DNA of 44,255 bases, taken from the IMG/VR virus record IMGVR_UViG_2874920711_000009, positions 1-44,255 of that record. One strand, 5' to 3'. Below, in pieces: positions 7,703 to 18,765 of this stretch. The notes under the pieces were generated by a model, which saw only the letters and a list, made by a program, of their open reading frames with translations, searched no databases and was not told the DNA's origin. Positions within the stretch are counted from its first letter, which is position 1; every line of letters begins with the position of its first letter. The position numbers and the translations under genes are program-made. This DNA comes from a virus (taxonomy: Duplodnaviria; Heunggongvirae; Uroviricota; Caudoviricetes).

Positions 7703-10492
7703 TATCCGGGTCGCTTTCAGCGCCGTTGACAGGCTGACCCGGCCTGCCGAAAACGCCCGCCGCCTGATGGGGCAGTTTGGTGACTCCATCCAGCGAACTC
7801 AGGGGCGATCAAAAATCTCGAGCGTCAGGCGCGTTCATTTGAGCGCGCCCGTGACGCTGTCAGTAAAGCGGATGCGGGCATCGTGAAAGCACGACGCCAG
7901 CTTAACGCCCTTAATCAGTTACAACGCACGGGTACAGTGCTCAGCGAAAAACAACAAAAGCTGATGCAGCAGTTAAGCACCCGGCTTGAACGCCTGAATG
8001 AATCGCGCACACGGGAAATTCAGAAAATGCGGGAGCTTGGCGGAGAGCTGAAACGCCACGGCATTTCCCTGACAGGCAGCGATAACACCATCCAGCAGGC
8101 CATCAGACGCACCGAACAGTACAACAACCAGCTTGAACGCGAACGGCAGGCGCTTGCGCGTGTAACGCGGGCGCGTGAGCGGTATTCGCGCGCGCAGGAA
8201 ACAGCGGGAAAACTGAAAACAGGTGGTGCGCTGGCAATTGGGGCGGCAGCGGCGGGCGGCTATGCTGCCGGGCGTTTTTTGCAGCCCGCGATCGGGTTCG
8301 GCAAAGAGATGTCCCGCGTTCAGGCACTGACGCGAATAGACAAAAACAGCCCGCAGTTTAAAGCGCTGCGTGAGCAGGCGTTAAAACTTGGCTCTGAAAC
8401 ACAGTTTACTGCGAGTGATGCCGCCAGTGGGCAGAGCTTTCTGGCAATGGCTGGTTTTACTCCGCAGACCATTCAGGCCGCATTGCCCGGTGTTCTTAAT
8501 ATGGCGCTGGCAGGTGGCGTCGAACTCGGCGAGACAGATGATATAGGCTCCAATATCCTCACACAGTTCAACCTGACAGCCGATCAAATGGACCGGGTCG
8601 GCGATACGCTGACAGCGGCATTCACCCGGACCAATACTGATTTACGCGCGCTGGGCGAAACCATGAAGTATACCGGTCCGGTTGCCGCAAAACTTGGTAT
8701 CAGTCTTGAAGAAGCGGCAGCCATGGCCGGGATGCTTGCCAATAATGGTCTTCGTGGAAGCGATGCTGGTACGGCCATGCGCGCAAGTCTGTCCCGCCTT
8801 GCATCACCGCCAAAAGCTGTGGCTGATGCGCTGAAAGAGCTTGGGGTGTCAGTTGCTGACGCCAGAGGCAAAATGCGCCCGATGGAGGATGTGCTGCTTG
8901 ATCTCTATAAGGCGACACAAAAATACGGACAGGTGGACCAGGTCTCCTTCTTCAAGGACATCGCCGGAGAAGAGGCGTTCGTTGGTTTGCAGACGCTTGT
9001 TGCGGCGGCTGGTTCAGGAGAGCTGCAAAAACTGACCAGAGAATTGCAGGGGCAAGGGGAGAGGCCGATCGCGTTGCAAAAGTAATGGCCGATAATCTTG
9101 ATGGGGACCTGAAAAATCTCGACAGCGCATGGGAAGGTCTTCGTATTCGCATCAGTGATCTGGTTGACGGTCCGCTGCGTTCTGTCACGCAGTGGCTCAC
9201 GCGGGTGCTTGAAAAAATCACCTCGCTGGCGCAGGCCCATCCGGTACTGACGCGCCAGCTACTGATAGCAGGCGGTGCGTTGCTGGCAATGACTGCAACG
9301 ATTGGCTCATTGTCGCTGGTTATTGGGGCGCTTTACGGGAAGCTGGCCACCCTGCGTCTTGGTTTTGACATTCTTACCCGGTCAATGAATGTCGTCAGGG
9401 TTTTGCCTGCGCTGTGGGGAATGGTGACGGGTTCCGTTTCTTTACTGGGAGGCGCTATCGGGGCGCTGTTCAGTCCGGTTGGTCTTATCGTAGCTGCGCT
9501 TGCCGGAGCTGCCGTTCTTATCTGGAAATACTGGGATCCCATCAGGGCATTTTTTGCCGGGGTGTTCAGCGGGATTATGGAAAGGCTGACCCCGTTGCGC
9601 GAAACCTTTGAACGGTTTGGTCCTGTTTTTGAAGCAATCGGAAGCGGGATCAGCCAGGTGTTTAACTGGTTTAAATCGCTGCTGTCACCGATGGAGTCCA
9701 GCAAGGAAACGCTGGATAAATGTACCAGTGCTGGCGAGATATTCGGTAACGTTCTTGGCGGTGCGTTACAACTTGTTCTGACACTTGCAAAAATGTTGCT
9801 GGATACGCTGGCGTGGATACTTGAAAAGCTCGGTGTGCTTCCGGATGAAGCGGAAAGGGCGCGCAAGAAAATCGAAGACGCACAGCGTGCGGCCATTCTT
9901 CAGGACAAGGTTGCCTTGCTTCAGGGGGACCTGGCGAAAATCAATCCGCCGAAGCCTGTGGAAAATGGCAATGGCACCGGAGGTGATAAGCCCAAAGACA
10001 ACAAACCGCTCACAGATAGCAATACCGGTACGCTACGCAGACTCAGCAAAATTGCTGATAACACAGGTAAGCTGGTTGATGAGACGAAAAAACGCATTGG
10101 CCCCGGCGATATTGTCTTTAAGAACCTGCCCGCGCACTTGCTGTTCGTGGGGAGTGGCAGGAGCGGAAGATTGCGCAGGTCAGTAAGCCTGCCCCCGCAA
10201 TTAATATCACCCCGTGGTTCCGGCTCCGCTGCCTCCTGCGCTGGTCCCTGTTATTGCGGCCAGCTCCCGCCCGGTGGCGGAGGCCATACGATCGCCAGTG
10301 GCATCAGTTCCTGCAACTTCCCGTAACCGGGAGCCTGTTGCCTCCGGATTTGGCGGTGAAATTCATGTTCATCTGCATAACGTTGTTACGCAGAATCCCC
10401 GCGAACTGGCGAAACTGGTCGGTGAAATGGTCAGGGCAGAAATGGAACGGCGCGCCCGTGCCTGGCGTGGCAGTTTTTACGATAAAGATTGA
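7680..10492 (+). pseudogene. T: tail tape-measure protein gpT, at least three frame breaks as given
   Basis: Fragments 7680..7886, 7883..9085, 9085..10326, 10214..10492; coiled-coil and Gly/Ala-rich TM-like stretches typical of tape-measure proteins; break near 9050 sits in G4 runs. Confidence 0.8.
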
Positions 10493-10498
10493 GGAGTC

Positions 10499-10993
10499 AT
10501 GGCCATGATGATGATCTACGGCATGTTTGTTTTTGAGCTGCGCACGTTGCCGCATCAGCAGTTACAGCAAAACAAAAGCTGGCGACATGTGAAAAATGAA
10601 CGCGTTAACCGTTCAGCAAGCTGGCAGTATATCGGTGCAGGTGATGATCGCATCGTTCTTTCTGGTGTTCTTTATCCTGAGATTACTGGTGGCGAAGTGT
10701 CGCTGTCGTTGTTGACCACGCAGGCATATACAGGACGTCCTTGGCCTTTGATTGATGGCGTCGGGCAGATTTACGGCATGTATGTCCTGACCGGAACGAA
10801 TACGACCCGCTCCGAGTTTGATCGCTACGGTAAGGCGAAAAAGATAGAATTTTCACTGACTCTTGAACGCTGTGATGAGGATTTGCGGGAGCGCCTGCAA
10901 TCCTCATCGTTCAGCGATATGCTGTCCGGCTTCAAAGATAAGGTGACATCATCCCTTAATAGCGCGGCCAGCTCAGTTAAGGGGCTGCTCTGA
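10499..10993 (+). CDS. U: tail protein gpU
   Basis: 164-aa ORF with GAGGAG RBS; MMMIYGMFVFELRT... resembles P2 gpU. Confidence 0.85.
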   Translation: MAMMMIYGMFVFELRTLPHQQLQQNKSWRHVKNERVNRSASWQYIGAGDDRIVLSGVLYPEITGGEVSLSLLTTQAYTGRPWPLIDGVGQIYGMYVLTGTNTTRSEFDRYGKAKKIEFSLTLERCDEDLRERLQSSSFSDMLSGFKDKVTSSLNSAASSVKGLL

Positions 10994-11149
10994 TTTAACG
11001 TATGTCGCCAATTTCCTGATGAAGGTGACTGGCGACTTGCTGTTGTATGTCCTTCTCAGAAAATTGTTTTTGAATAACAAATAACAGGATTTTATAATCT
11101 CTTAACCTTATAACATGTGTGGTCTGAAATAATAATTAAGGAGATTATC

Positions 11150-11722
11150 GTGCTATCTTACTTAATGGCAATTCACTTTGTTTTATTTGGAAACTCTACT
11201 AATTTAAAAAACTTCTGGAAACATGAAGTAATTCGGCGGAAACGTATGGATATCTGGAGGCTTTTAAGAGAGAAAAAGCAGCGTAACCGGAATTTCCTTT
11301 TCTGGTGGCGGTTGGCTAACGAAATGTATATTAATGGTAATAAATTACATAAGAAAGCAGCCAAAAAGTTAAACAGTAAAATAATTAACAAGTTTGGTTG
11401 TGAAATAGGATTGGGCGCAAATATTGGAAAAGGGTTGACAATTCCCCATCATGCTGGAATTGTTGTTCATTTTGCTGTTGATGCGGGTGAAAATCTGGTA
11501 TTACGACAGAATACTACCATTGGACAGATAGATGGTGATATGCCTGGTTCAAGAGTAAAAATTGGTAGTAACGTTGATATCGGAGCTAATTGTTGCATCA
11601 TTGGATTATCACGTAAAATTGGGGATAATGTAAAAATAGGTGCAATGTCTTTTATAAATAAAGATATACCATCAAATTGCACATATATAACTAAAAAGAG
11701 TGGTGTTGTATTGTATAAATAG
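11150..11722 (+). CDS. hexapeptide-repeat acetyltransferase (serine O-acetyltransferase / WcaB-like), low-GC cargo
   Basis: IGLGANIGKGLTIPHHAGIVVH...IG.N..IG hexapeptide repeats; AAGGAG RBS 7 nt before GTG 11150 (ORF track frame opens at 11117); AT-rich. Confidence 0.65.
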   Translation: MLSYLMAIHFVLFGNSTNLKNFWKHEVIRRKRMDIWRLLREKKQRNRNFLFWWRLANEMYINGNKLHKKAAKKLNSKIINKFGCEIGLGANIGKGLTIPHHAGIVVHFAVDAGENLVLRQNTTIGQIDGDMPGSRVKIGSNVDIGANCCIIGLSRKIGDNVKIGAMSFINKDIPSNCTYITKKSGVVLYK

Positions 11723-11729
11723 AGTACAT

Positions 11730-11769
11730 AAAGCCATCGATATTTTTGTCGATGGCTTTTTCTTTTTAT
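11730..11769 (+). terminator. rho-independent terminator
   Basis: 11-bp stem AAAGCCATCGA/TCGATGGCTTT with 8-nt loop followed by a T-run. Confidence 0.55.
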
Positions 11770-12343
11770 TGTGGGGCGACTGGCCACTCAACATCCGCTG
11801 CTACTGTTGTATCAACACGATTCAACAATACCCGATATGTCTTCCATGCAGCCAGTAACGATGCCTCTTCCTCCGTCGCAATATCCAAATCTACGGCATC
11901 CTGAAGTGGCGCAATATGCTCACTGGCTACCTGCATCAGGCTGTTTTTTGTTTCTTCTGCCTCCCGTACCCGAAACAGTTTTTCTGCTTCTGCATCTTTC
12001 GCCCAGGATGTGCCGTTCCACTTCTGACACTCTCCATCCGGCGACAACTAGGTAACATTTTCCGGTAACGGACCGAGTTCAGAAATAAATAACGCGTCCC
12101 CTGATGCCACGTCATAAACAGTTTTACCCCGATGATCTTCAACGAGATGCCACGATGCCTCATCACTGTTGAAAACAGCCACGAAGCCAGCCGGAATATC
12201 TGGCGGTGCAATATCGGTACTGTTTGCAGGCAGACCTGTATGAGGTGGAATGTATGCATCACCTTCCCCAATAAATTCATTAGTTCCGGCCAGCAGGTTA
12301 TAAATTTTTATGGCCGTGATTGTTCACTCATTCTGAAATCCAT
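11766..12343 (-). pseudogene. tfa: tail fibre assembly chaperone (Tfa family), inactivated
   Basis: Body ...[22 protein letters not shown]...[27 protein letters not shown] is Tfa-like; frame break after codon 11 at a T5/A5 run and an in-frame TAG (ENVT*LSPDG) near 12051. Confidence 0.7.
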
Positions 12344-12351
12344 GTTCACCT

Positions 12352-13254
12352 CTACTTAATATCAGAGACAGAATATTGTTTATTGAGCGTATGGGTGGGA
12401 GTACCAATAACGATGCTACTTCCGTGGCTATGTGCGCCAGAGGTGACATTACCTACGGGATTTTCTGGATTAATCCGGTGTATATGCGAACCAGGGCGAA
12501 AACGGTTATTAGCCTGATGTTGTATCAGTACATCATCAGCCTGATGTTCAGGGTTAATACAGACTTGCCCGGAACGTGAGCAACACGTCCGATAATCGCC
12601 GCATCCAATATATTTAGTATCCGCATAACGGCAAACAGAATTACCCGGACAGTATGCATATGTGCCAAATACTGCCGACTGGCGAGATTGTGCGTATTCC
12701 CAGTTAATTGATTCTGTTTTTTTATTAAAGTTATCCCATGCCTGCTTCATCTGTCGTGCAACACTTTCAAACGGCACCTGACCACATCCGGCCCCCATTG
12801 CAGGGAATACCACTGTTTTTATTTTCATGTCTGTCGTTGCGTTTTTATTGTGCTGAAAGATGGCAAGCAGAGCGGCCCAGGTTGCGTTATATACAGCGTC
12901 TGTTCCGTCAATTGTCAACGGAACACGCATTGTTGGCGCATGTACCAGCCAGGGGTGATGATTATGCCCCGTTTCAATGACAAATGCAGAACCTACAGGC
13001 TGTTCGCCGAGATATTCACGAAGAATATGATTCTGAACGCGGGACTGTAACTGAGTACCGAAGAATGCGGTAATGGCGGCATCAACGCCACCATCCATCA
13101 GGCCGAAACTATTTGCCGCACTTACCATGCAGTCAAATTGTCTGATTGTTTCAAATGGCTTTCCGACAATATTCACACTATCTGCATTTGCAAATATCCG
13201 TTTAAATGCTTCAGCCATTTCTGTTACTGGTGCAGAAAGAATGAGCGTAATCAT
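12352..13254 (-). CDS. macro-domain protein with C-terminal Cys/His-rich extension
   Basis: Macro-domain motifs [62 protein letters not shown]; start ATG 13254..13252 overlaps the H stop TGA 13253..13251. Confidence 0.7.
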   Translation of the reverse strand: MITLILSAPVTEMAEAFKRIFANADSVNIVGKPFETIRQFDCMVSAANSFGLMDGGVDAAITAFFGTQLQSRVQNHILREYLGEQPVGSAFVIETGHNHHPWLVHAPTMRVPLTIDGTDAVYNATWAALLAIFQHNKNATTDMKIKTVVFPAMGAGCGQVPFESVARQMKQAWDNFNKKTESINWEYAQSRQSAVFGTYAYCPGNSVCRYADTKYIGCGDYRTCCSRSGQVCINPEHQADDVLIQHQANNRFRPGSHIHRINPENPVGNVTSGAHSHGSSIVIGTPTHTLNKQYSVSDIK

Positions 13255-15397
13255 GCAAGCCTCACAATATAGTTAAATGCGATGTTTTTTACGGTGTTTT
13301 CTGCGTTACCCGTAGCGTTAACGGTGATGGTATGCCCGTGTGAACCTATCGCAACGGAGTGTGTGTGTGCACCAATTCCTACCGTATGAGTGTGTGCGCC
13401 AATATTTACTGTGTGAGAGTGCCCCCTGCGTTACTTGTTTTTCCAGTGCCAAGCCCTGAGTTATAACCAGCCGAAACACCATTACCAGCACCAGTGTTAC
13501 CAACAGGAATATTGTGTGAATGATCCCCGGCGCTATTCGTGGTTTTAGTGCCATGGTTAAATGAACTGGACGTCTTGGTACCGTAATCAAACGACGATGT
13601 GGTTTTCGTCCCCAAATCCGTACTGGATGCACTGGCGCTGTGGGTGTGCGATTTAATGCCGTCCTGTTCCTGAGACAATACTGCACGACCACTGGCGGGC
13701 TTGCCCTTAATCGTCCAGCTACGCATATCAGGGATCACGCCTGACGGATAAGCGGCTGCAAGTTTCGGGTATGCAGATTTGTCAAAAGTCTGCCCCTGCA
13801 TCAGGGCATAACCAGACGGAACGGTATCTGATGGCCAAGGGATCGGTGCGCCAACCGGATAAAGTTCATGAGGCGAAATATACAGCGAATAAACAGAACC
13901 GTCCGTTAATCCTTCCGGCTTATTAGCAGAATATGCTGGTGAAGTATGAATCGTTACGCTGGCGTTACTGGTATAATCCCACTGAATATTAACACCTGTG
14001 GCGTAATTACCTATTTCAACATAAACATCATAGGTATCACCGGATGTATTCACCCATGCAAAATTAGTAAATCCAACCGATGTCCGTCGCCATAACGCAC
14101 CAGTAAGACCTTTTGGATTTCCATTTCCCGCACGAAGAACAAGTTCAGATATACCTGCCTGTTGAGGTGACTCTACGTTAAATCCCGCGCCACCAATCAA
14201 CGTAATTGAAACAACAGAACTCGCCTGCGGCATGGTTACCGTTGCTAATTTGAACCAACCAGCACCACCGCTGAATGACATAGTTGTTGAGTTAAGCGTA
14301 CCAATATCTTTCGGCGTCAGTGTAATATCCGCTGAAAGCGCCTTACCATTCACCTTACGGGCAGAAGGTACCCGACCATTCGCATTGTCATTAGCTGCTT
14401 TCACTGCTTTCGGTGTCGCGGCAAGCGTTTCAGATGTGCTGTTAGTCGCGCTGCTTAGCTGGACAATCCCTTTTTGTGCTGTCGTAGCGTCCTGAGCGGT
14501 ATATTTCCCGTTAGCAAGGTCATATGCTGTCTTTACCGCTTTCGGTGTTGCGGCCGGTGCTTCAGACGTGCTGTTGGTGGCGCTACTGAGCTGGACAAGG
14601 CCTTTCCGCGCTGTGGTGGCATCCTGCGCAGTATATTTCCCGTTAGCAAGGTCATATGCTGCCTTTACCGCCATTGGTGTTGCCGCCAGCGTTTCAGAAT
14701 CGCTGTTGGTGGCGCTACTGAGCTGGACAAGGCCTTTTCGCGCTGTGGTGGCATCCTGCGCAGTATATTTCCCGTTAGCAAGATCATACGCGGCCTTTAC
14801 TGCTTTCGGCGTTGCAGCCTGCGTTTCAGACACGCTGTTAGTGTCGCTACTGAGTTGAACAAAGCCTTTTGCGGTCAGCGAGGCGTCCGGGTGACGTCGT
14901 GACTGTTCATGTTCTTTCAGTTTGTCATTCACGTAATCCACTGTGGCCATAACCATGGTGTTATCCACGGTAAGCGCCACGGTGGCAGTGCTGGATACGG
15001 TCAGAATGGTGCGAAATGTTTGTGCACGTCCGGATCCTTCGGCAACGGTTGGTTTGTAACTTTCGGCAGTATTGCCCACCGCGATCAAATCGCCGTGCTC
15101 ATCAAATACACCAATTTCCCGGATCCAGAATCCGCCCGTTTCAGGAGGAATAACCAGCTCCGCAATAATGCGGTTCTGATGTGTTGCGTCCAGGATGACG
15201 CGATTAACAGTATGTCGCCACACCTCATGCACCAGACGGGTCTGCTTACTGTCTGGTGTGGGCAACGTGCCGCCACCGTCGCCCACGGCCATATGAGTCA
15301 GGCGGACAGGATTACCATCTGGCGCGGCAGCCTGAGCTAATTTTTTGGCACCAGTATCAGTGATAATGGTTTTAAATTTTCGTGTTGTGGTACTCAT
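13251..15397 (-). pseudogene. H: tail fibre protein gpH, frame break at a C5/G5 run near 13422..13426
   Basis: 663-aa ORF 13406..15397 plus out-of-frame C-terminus [57 protein letters not shown]; one extra G would restore the frame. Confidence 0.85.
14410..14890. repeat. four tandem copies of a ~114-bp coding repeat inside H
   Basis: Repeated 38-aa unit KG[FLI][36 protein letters not shown] visible in protein and DNA. Confidence 0.7.
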
Positions 15398-15399
15398 GC

Positions 15400-15930
15400 T
15401 TAATCGTCCGGATAAATGGTAATGACTTCACCGTCGTAAGTTGCTGCCGCCGCGAAAATATCCCCCGGGATCTCCTGAATGATATTCAGCCCTGTCATGT
15501 GGCGGCTGACCGGGCGGGCATCAGCAATCAACCGCTCCATTTCCAGATACATTTCCTCCGTCACGCCACTGTCCAGCGTGCCGACTTCAACGGTAAATGT
15601 TCCCGGTTCTCCGCCGAACTCCCACCACTCAGACACGCGAATGAGGTATCCCAGCGGCTCAATGGCCCTGCGCAGTGCGCTGATGGTCCCTTTGTGTCGG
15701 TGTATCAGCCATGCATCACGAATCACCTGTCGCTTTGTCTCTTCCGGCCAGTTGCGATCCCAGCGGTCAACGGAAAACGCCCAGGCGAGATAAGGCAGCA
15801 GGTGCACCGGGCAGGTGTCCGGCGACCACAGCGTGTTGAGGTCTACCGGAATGTCTGTAATGCGTGTTCCGACTGCTTCGGCACAACGCATGAAACTGCT
15901 GGCTGATGGCGGTAACAGTGAATTACTCAT
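15400..15930 (-). CDS. I: baseplate assembly protein gpI
   Basis: ORF track 15400..15963; likely start is ATG 15930, which overlaps the gpJ stop (ATGAGTAA). Confidence 0.8.
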   Translation of the reverse strand: MSNSLLPPSASSFMRCAEAVGTRITDIPVDLNTLWSPDTCPVHLLPYLAWAFSVDRWDRNWPEETKRQVIRDAWLIHRHKGTISALRRAIEPLGYLIRVSEWWEFGGEPGTFTVEVGTLDSGVTEEMYLEMERLIADARPVSRHMTGLNIIQEIPGDIFAAAATYDGEVITIYPDD

Positions 15931-16742
15931 TGCGCCCACCTTCGCTGATGGTAAATGACTCACAGCGCGCCGCCTGTATGTCGCTGATGGCCATATTCTG
16001 TGTGGGTTCGATTATCTCCACGCGTTGCACGCCGTGCACATGCAGTGCGGCAGCAATGGCGGACAACGCCACGTCCTGACCGATAAGCCCCTGTTCAGCC
16101 AGCCACTTCCTGAATGACGATTCTGGCGCTCTGTACCGTCAGGCGGTCGGCCACCGGGCGGGTATCCTCTGCATTCAGAACGGCGCGAACGGTATTAAGC
16201 AACGCCTCCGTTGCTGTGCCGTCGCCTTCAGTGGACAGGATGGAAACCGTCACACAGGCCGGAGACGGACTGATAGCCCGCGCATCGCGCACCAGACCGC
16301 TGGCGCTGCGGGCAAAATACTCGTATGCACCTGACGGGCCAGCAACACTCAGGCCGTCGTACGCCCGCTGCGCCCGCAGTCTCAGCGAGGTGTCGCTCTC
16401 CATCACCGCGTCGGTGGTATCCGTTGCCGGAGTGATAACCAGGCGCTTTGTGTTCATATTGCCCGCGAGGTTGTCCAGGTTTGTCCCTGAACCGTGGCTT
16501 AACATACAGGCGCGTGCGCCCTCATTGACCCGCTGGCGTAACAGCATTTCACGAAACGACATGGTTTGAGCGATAACGTTAAGGGGTTCCGATTCCAGCT
16601 CCAGCGCGGCGGAAACGGCTTCACGCTGTTCGGCGGGATAGGACGCAATCATCATGGCCTTTGTGTCAGCCAGAATTGCTTCAAAGTCAGGCTCCGCGAT
16701 GATGGCGGGTTCCGGTAACTGGGAAAGGTCAACGGCGGGCAT
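15923..16742 (-). pseudogene. J: baseplate protein gpJ, frame break near 16095
   Basis: 215-aa fragment 16095..16742; remaining C-terminus (...LIGQDVALSAIAAALHVHGVQRVEIIEP...) continues in another frame to 15923. Confidence 0.8.
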
Positions 16743-16745
16743 GAT

Positions 16746-17095
16746 TTACTCCCTCAGCGTGATGGTTAACTCAACATTCTGCATGGTCTGCATGACAGTG
16801 CCCGACAGCGTCACCCCGGCGCGGCCTCCGCTTTCCAGACAACGTCGATGGCATCCAGGGCAATGCGGGGTTCCCATCGTGTCAGCGCAATCACGGCAGC
16901 ACTCATGCATTGCAGACGCGTGGTGTTATTCATGGGTTCGTCAATCAAATCAGGCACAAGGCTGCCATATTCCCGTCGCATAACCCGGCTTGCCAGCGGG
17001 GTGGTCAGGATGTCCCTGACTGACTGTTTCAGGTGCTCCATATCGTTCAGGTTTCCCGTTCCGTCCGGGTTCATTCCTGTGTAGCGGGTTGTCAC
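16746..17095 (-). pseudogene. W: baseplate wedge protein gpW (gp25-like), frame break near 16811
   Basis: 94-aa ORF 16811..17095; C-terminus continues in +1 frame to the TAA just before the J start; break at a CCGGGG run. Confidence 0.7.
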
Positions 17096-17673
17096 TGCGG
17101 GCCTCCTGTCGAATCGCTGCCGCCTTTAACGCCACCGTGTTTATGCGTATGCACTGTGATGCCGTTTGAGGTGAAATCGCCGCCGCTGTGCGTGATATTG
17201 CCGCTCATCTTTCCCCCTTTTGTGACGTCAAGCGTCGCTGTTCTCAGAAGGTCTGTGCATTCCACGACGGGCGTATCCAGTGTCACGCTGACGGATGCCT
17301 GCAGGGTGGCCGTTTTCATGCCGCTGGCGCTCAGTGCGCCTGCGTCCGCGTCGTAGCGGAACACCGCGCCATCCGGCGCGCTGACCACGATTTCTTTCAG
17401 GCTTTTTCCGGGGGCCGGATTGGCATCACTCCACAGGCTGCCAATTATCATGGCGGTTTCCGGGTTGCCGCCGATGCAGGCAATTACCACCTGTTCGCCT
17501 GGTGATGGCGGCAGCCACACATTGAAGGCTCCCGCGCGCGTGGTGTTCCAGCGCAACCAGCCTGTTTCCAGTTCGCCGCTGCGAACGCGAACGCGCCAGG
17601 ATTCCTCATCAACTTCAGAGATGATCCCGGTGCGGATGATGTTGCTCAGTAGCCGCATGAGTTCTGCGCTCAC
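17092..17673 (-). CDS. V: baseplate spike/hub protein gpV
   Basis: 193-aa ORF; position between S and W; P2 V-like sequence character. Confidence 0.85.
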   Translation of the reverse strand: MSAELMRLLSNIIRTGIISEVDEESWRVRVRSGELETGWLRWNTTRAGAFNVWLPPSPGEQVVIACIGGNPETAMIIGSLWSDANPAPGKSLKEIVVSAPDGAVFRYDADAGALSASGMKTATLQASVSVTLDTPVVECTDLLRTATLDVTKGGKMSGNITHSGGDFTSNGITVHTHKHGGVKGGSDSTGGPQ

Positions 17674-18314
17674 CGTACAGCCTCCGCAATCCGGCCCAGC
17701 ACCGTGTTATAAATCAGGCGTTCATCTGCCTGACTGATGCCCAGCAGCTCACGTACCGGGTAATCGGTGAAAATGCCCGGCGCAACCTGATCGCGCTCAC
17801 CGAACTGATGAACGCGTGCAATACGTGCAGCCACGCCGCTGTAACCCACCGTCACACCGGAAGCATCCGCACGGGCTTTCAGGTAGCGGGTGGTGCGCAG
17901 TTTTACGAACATGGGGACGCGCTTTGTGCTGTCCTGGTTGATGCGCCGGGTGCGTATTTCCAGAAAACGGTCGATGTCATCCCGGTAAAACGTGCGGATA
18001 TTGTTTTTATCCTCATCCCACCCGGTAATGGTTCGCCCGTATTTCCCCGTGTCGTGATGCCAGTTTTTCAGCGTGCGTGATTCGTTATTCCAGATAAAGC
18101 GAATGCGTTCCTGTATCCGGGTTACGCGGCGTCTGCGTGGTGTCCACGCGGTCCCGTCCGGCGCTTTCTGTGACCGGATACGCGCCTGCTGGGCGCGGCG
18201 TAAATCCTGTGCCAGCTTTCTGGCGATGTTATTGATGGCCTGCTGATTCAGGCTGTCGCGGATGGCCTCAAAGGTTTCATCCACGCGGGTGAATGCCTTA
18301 TCCATCGCTTTCAC
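17670..18314 (-). CDS. S: tail completion protein gpS
   Basis: 214-aa ORF overlapping V start and R stop as in P2 operon. Confidence 0.8.
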   Translation of the reverse strand: MKAMDKAFTRVDETFEAIRDSLNQQAINNIARKLAQDLRRAQQARIRSQKAPDGTAWTPRRRRVTRIQERIRFIWNNESRTLKNWHHDTGKYGRTITGWDEDKNNIRTFYRDDIDRFLEIRTRRINQDSTKRVPMFVKLRTTRYLKARADASGVTVGYSGVAARIARVHQFGERDQVAPGIFTDYPVRELLGISQADERLIYNTVLGRIAEAVR

Positions 18315-18765
18315 CCCACGTCACATCCTGGAATACATGCGACCAGTCGCCTTCGGAAGATGGCAGGCGGGGTTTTGGCTCCGGCAGGTGTTCTGCCTGC
18401 GGTGTGCCCTGATTGCTGCGCGTGATGCGAACGCGTTCCCGCAGGGGGAGCGTAAACAGGAGATCGGCGCTGTCATCGTCATTGATAACGGCGGAGAATT
18501 TGATGTCCTGATTACGCTCAGGGTTGAGCAACAACTGTGGCTGATTTTCGGATAACCACGCCAGCAGCGGCAGCGTGAGGTCATCCAGCTCCCCGGCGTA
18601 ATCCATGACAAACATCACCATCTGATAGCGGTAAACAAACGATGGGGTTTCTCCTGTCGTTTCAATGTTACCGCTCTCCACGAAAATGGTGAATTTTTCC
18701 GGGTTGGCCTGACACCATCGGCATGAACGGGTCATGGCTTCACGCAGGGAATCAGTTTTCAGCAT
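18298..18765 (-). CDS. R: tail completion protein gpR
   Basis: 155-aa ORF upstream of S, P2 order. Confidence 0.8.
   Translation of the reverse strand: MLKTDSLREAMTRSCRWCQANPEKFTIFVESGNIETTGETPSFVYRYQMVMFVMDYAGELDDLTLPLLAWLSENQPQLLLNPERNQDIKFSAVINDDDSADLLFTLPLRERVRITRSNQGTPQAEHLPEPKPRLPSSEGDWSHVFQDVTWGESDG

Noticed and set aside
9333-9896. 187-aa minus-strand ORF (and similar antisense ORFs inside P, A, N and T)
   Set aside because: Antisense to well-supported phage genes, no RBS, low-complexity composition typical of GC-rich antisense frames
14232-14902. Plus-strand ORFs antisense to H, and the possibility of a CRISPR-like array
   Set aside because: They arise from the 114-bp tandem coding repeats of the tail fibre; the repeats are contiguous with no spacers and sit in frame inside H
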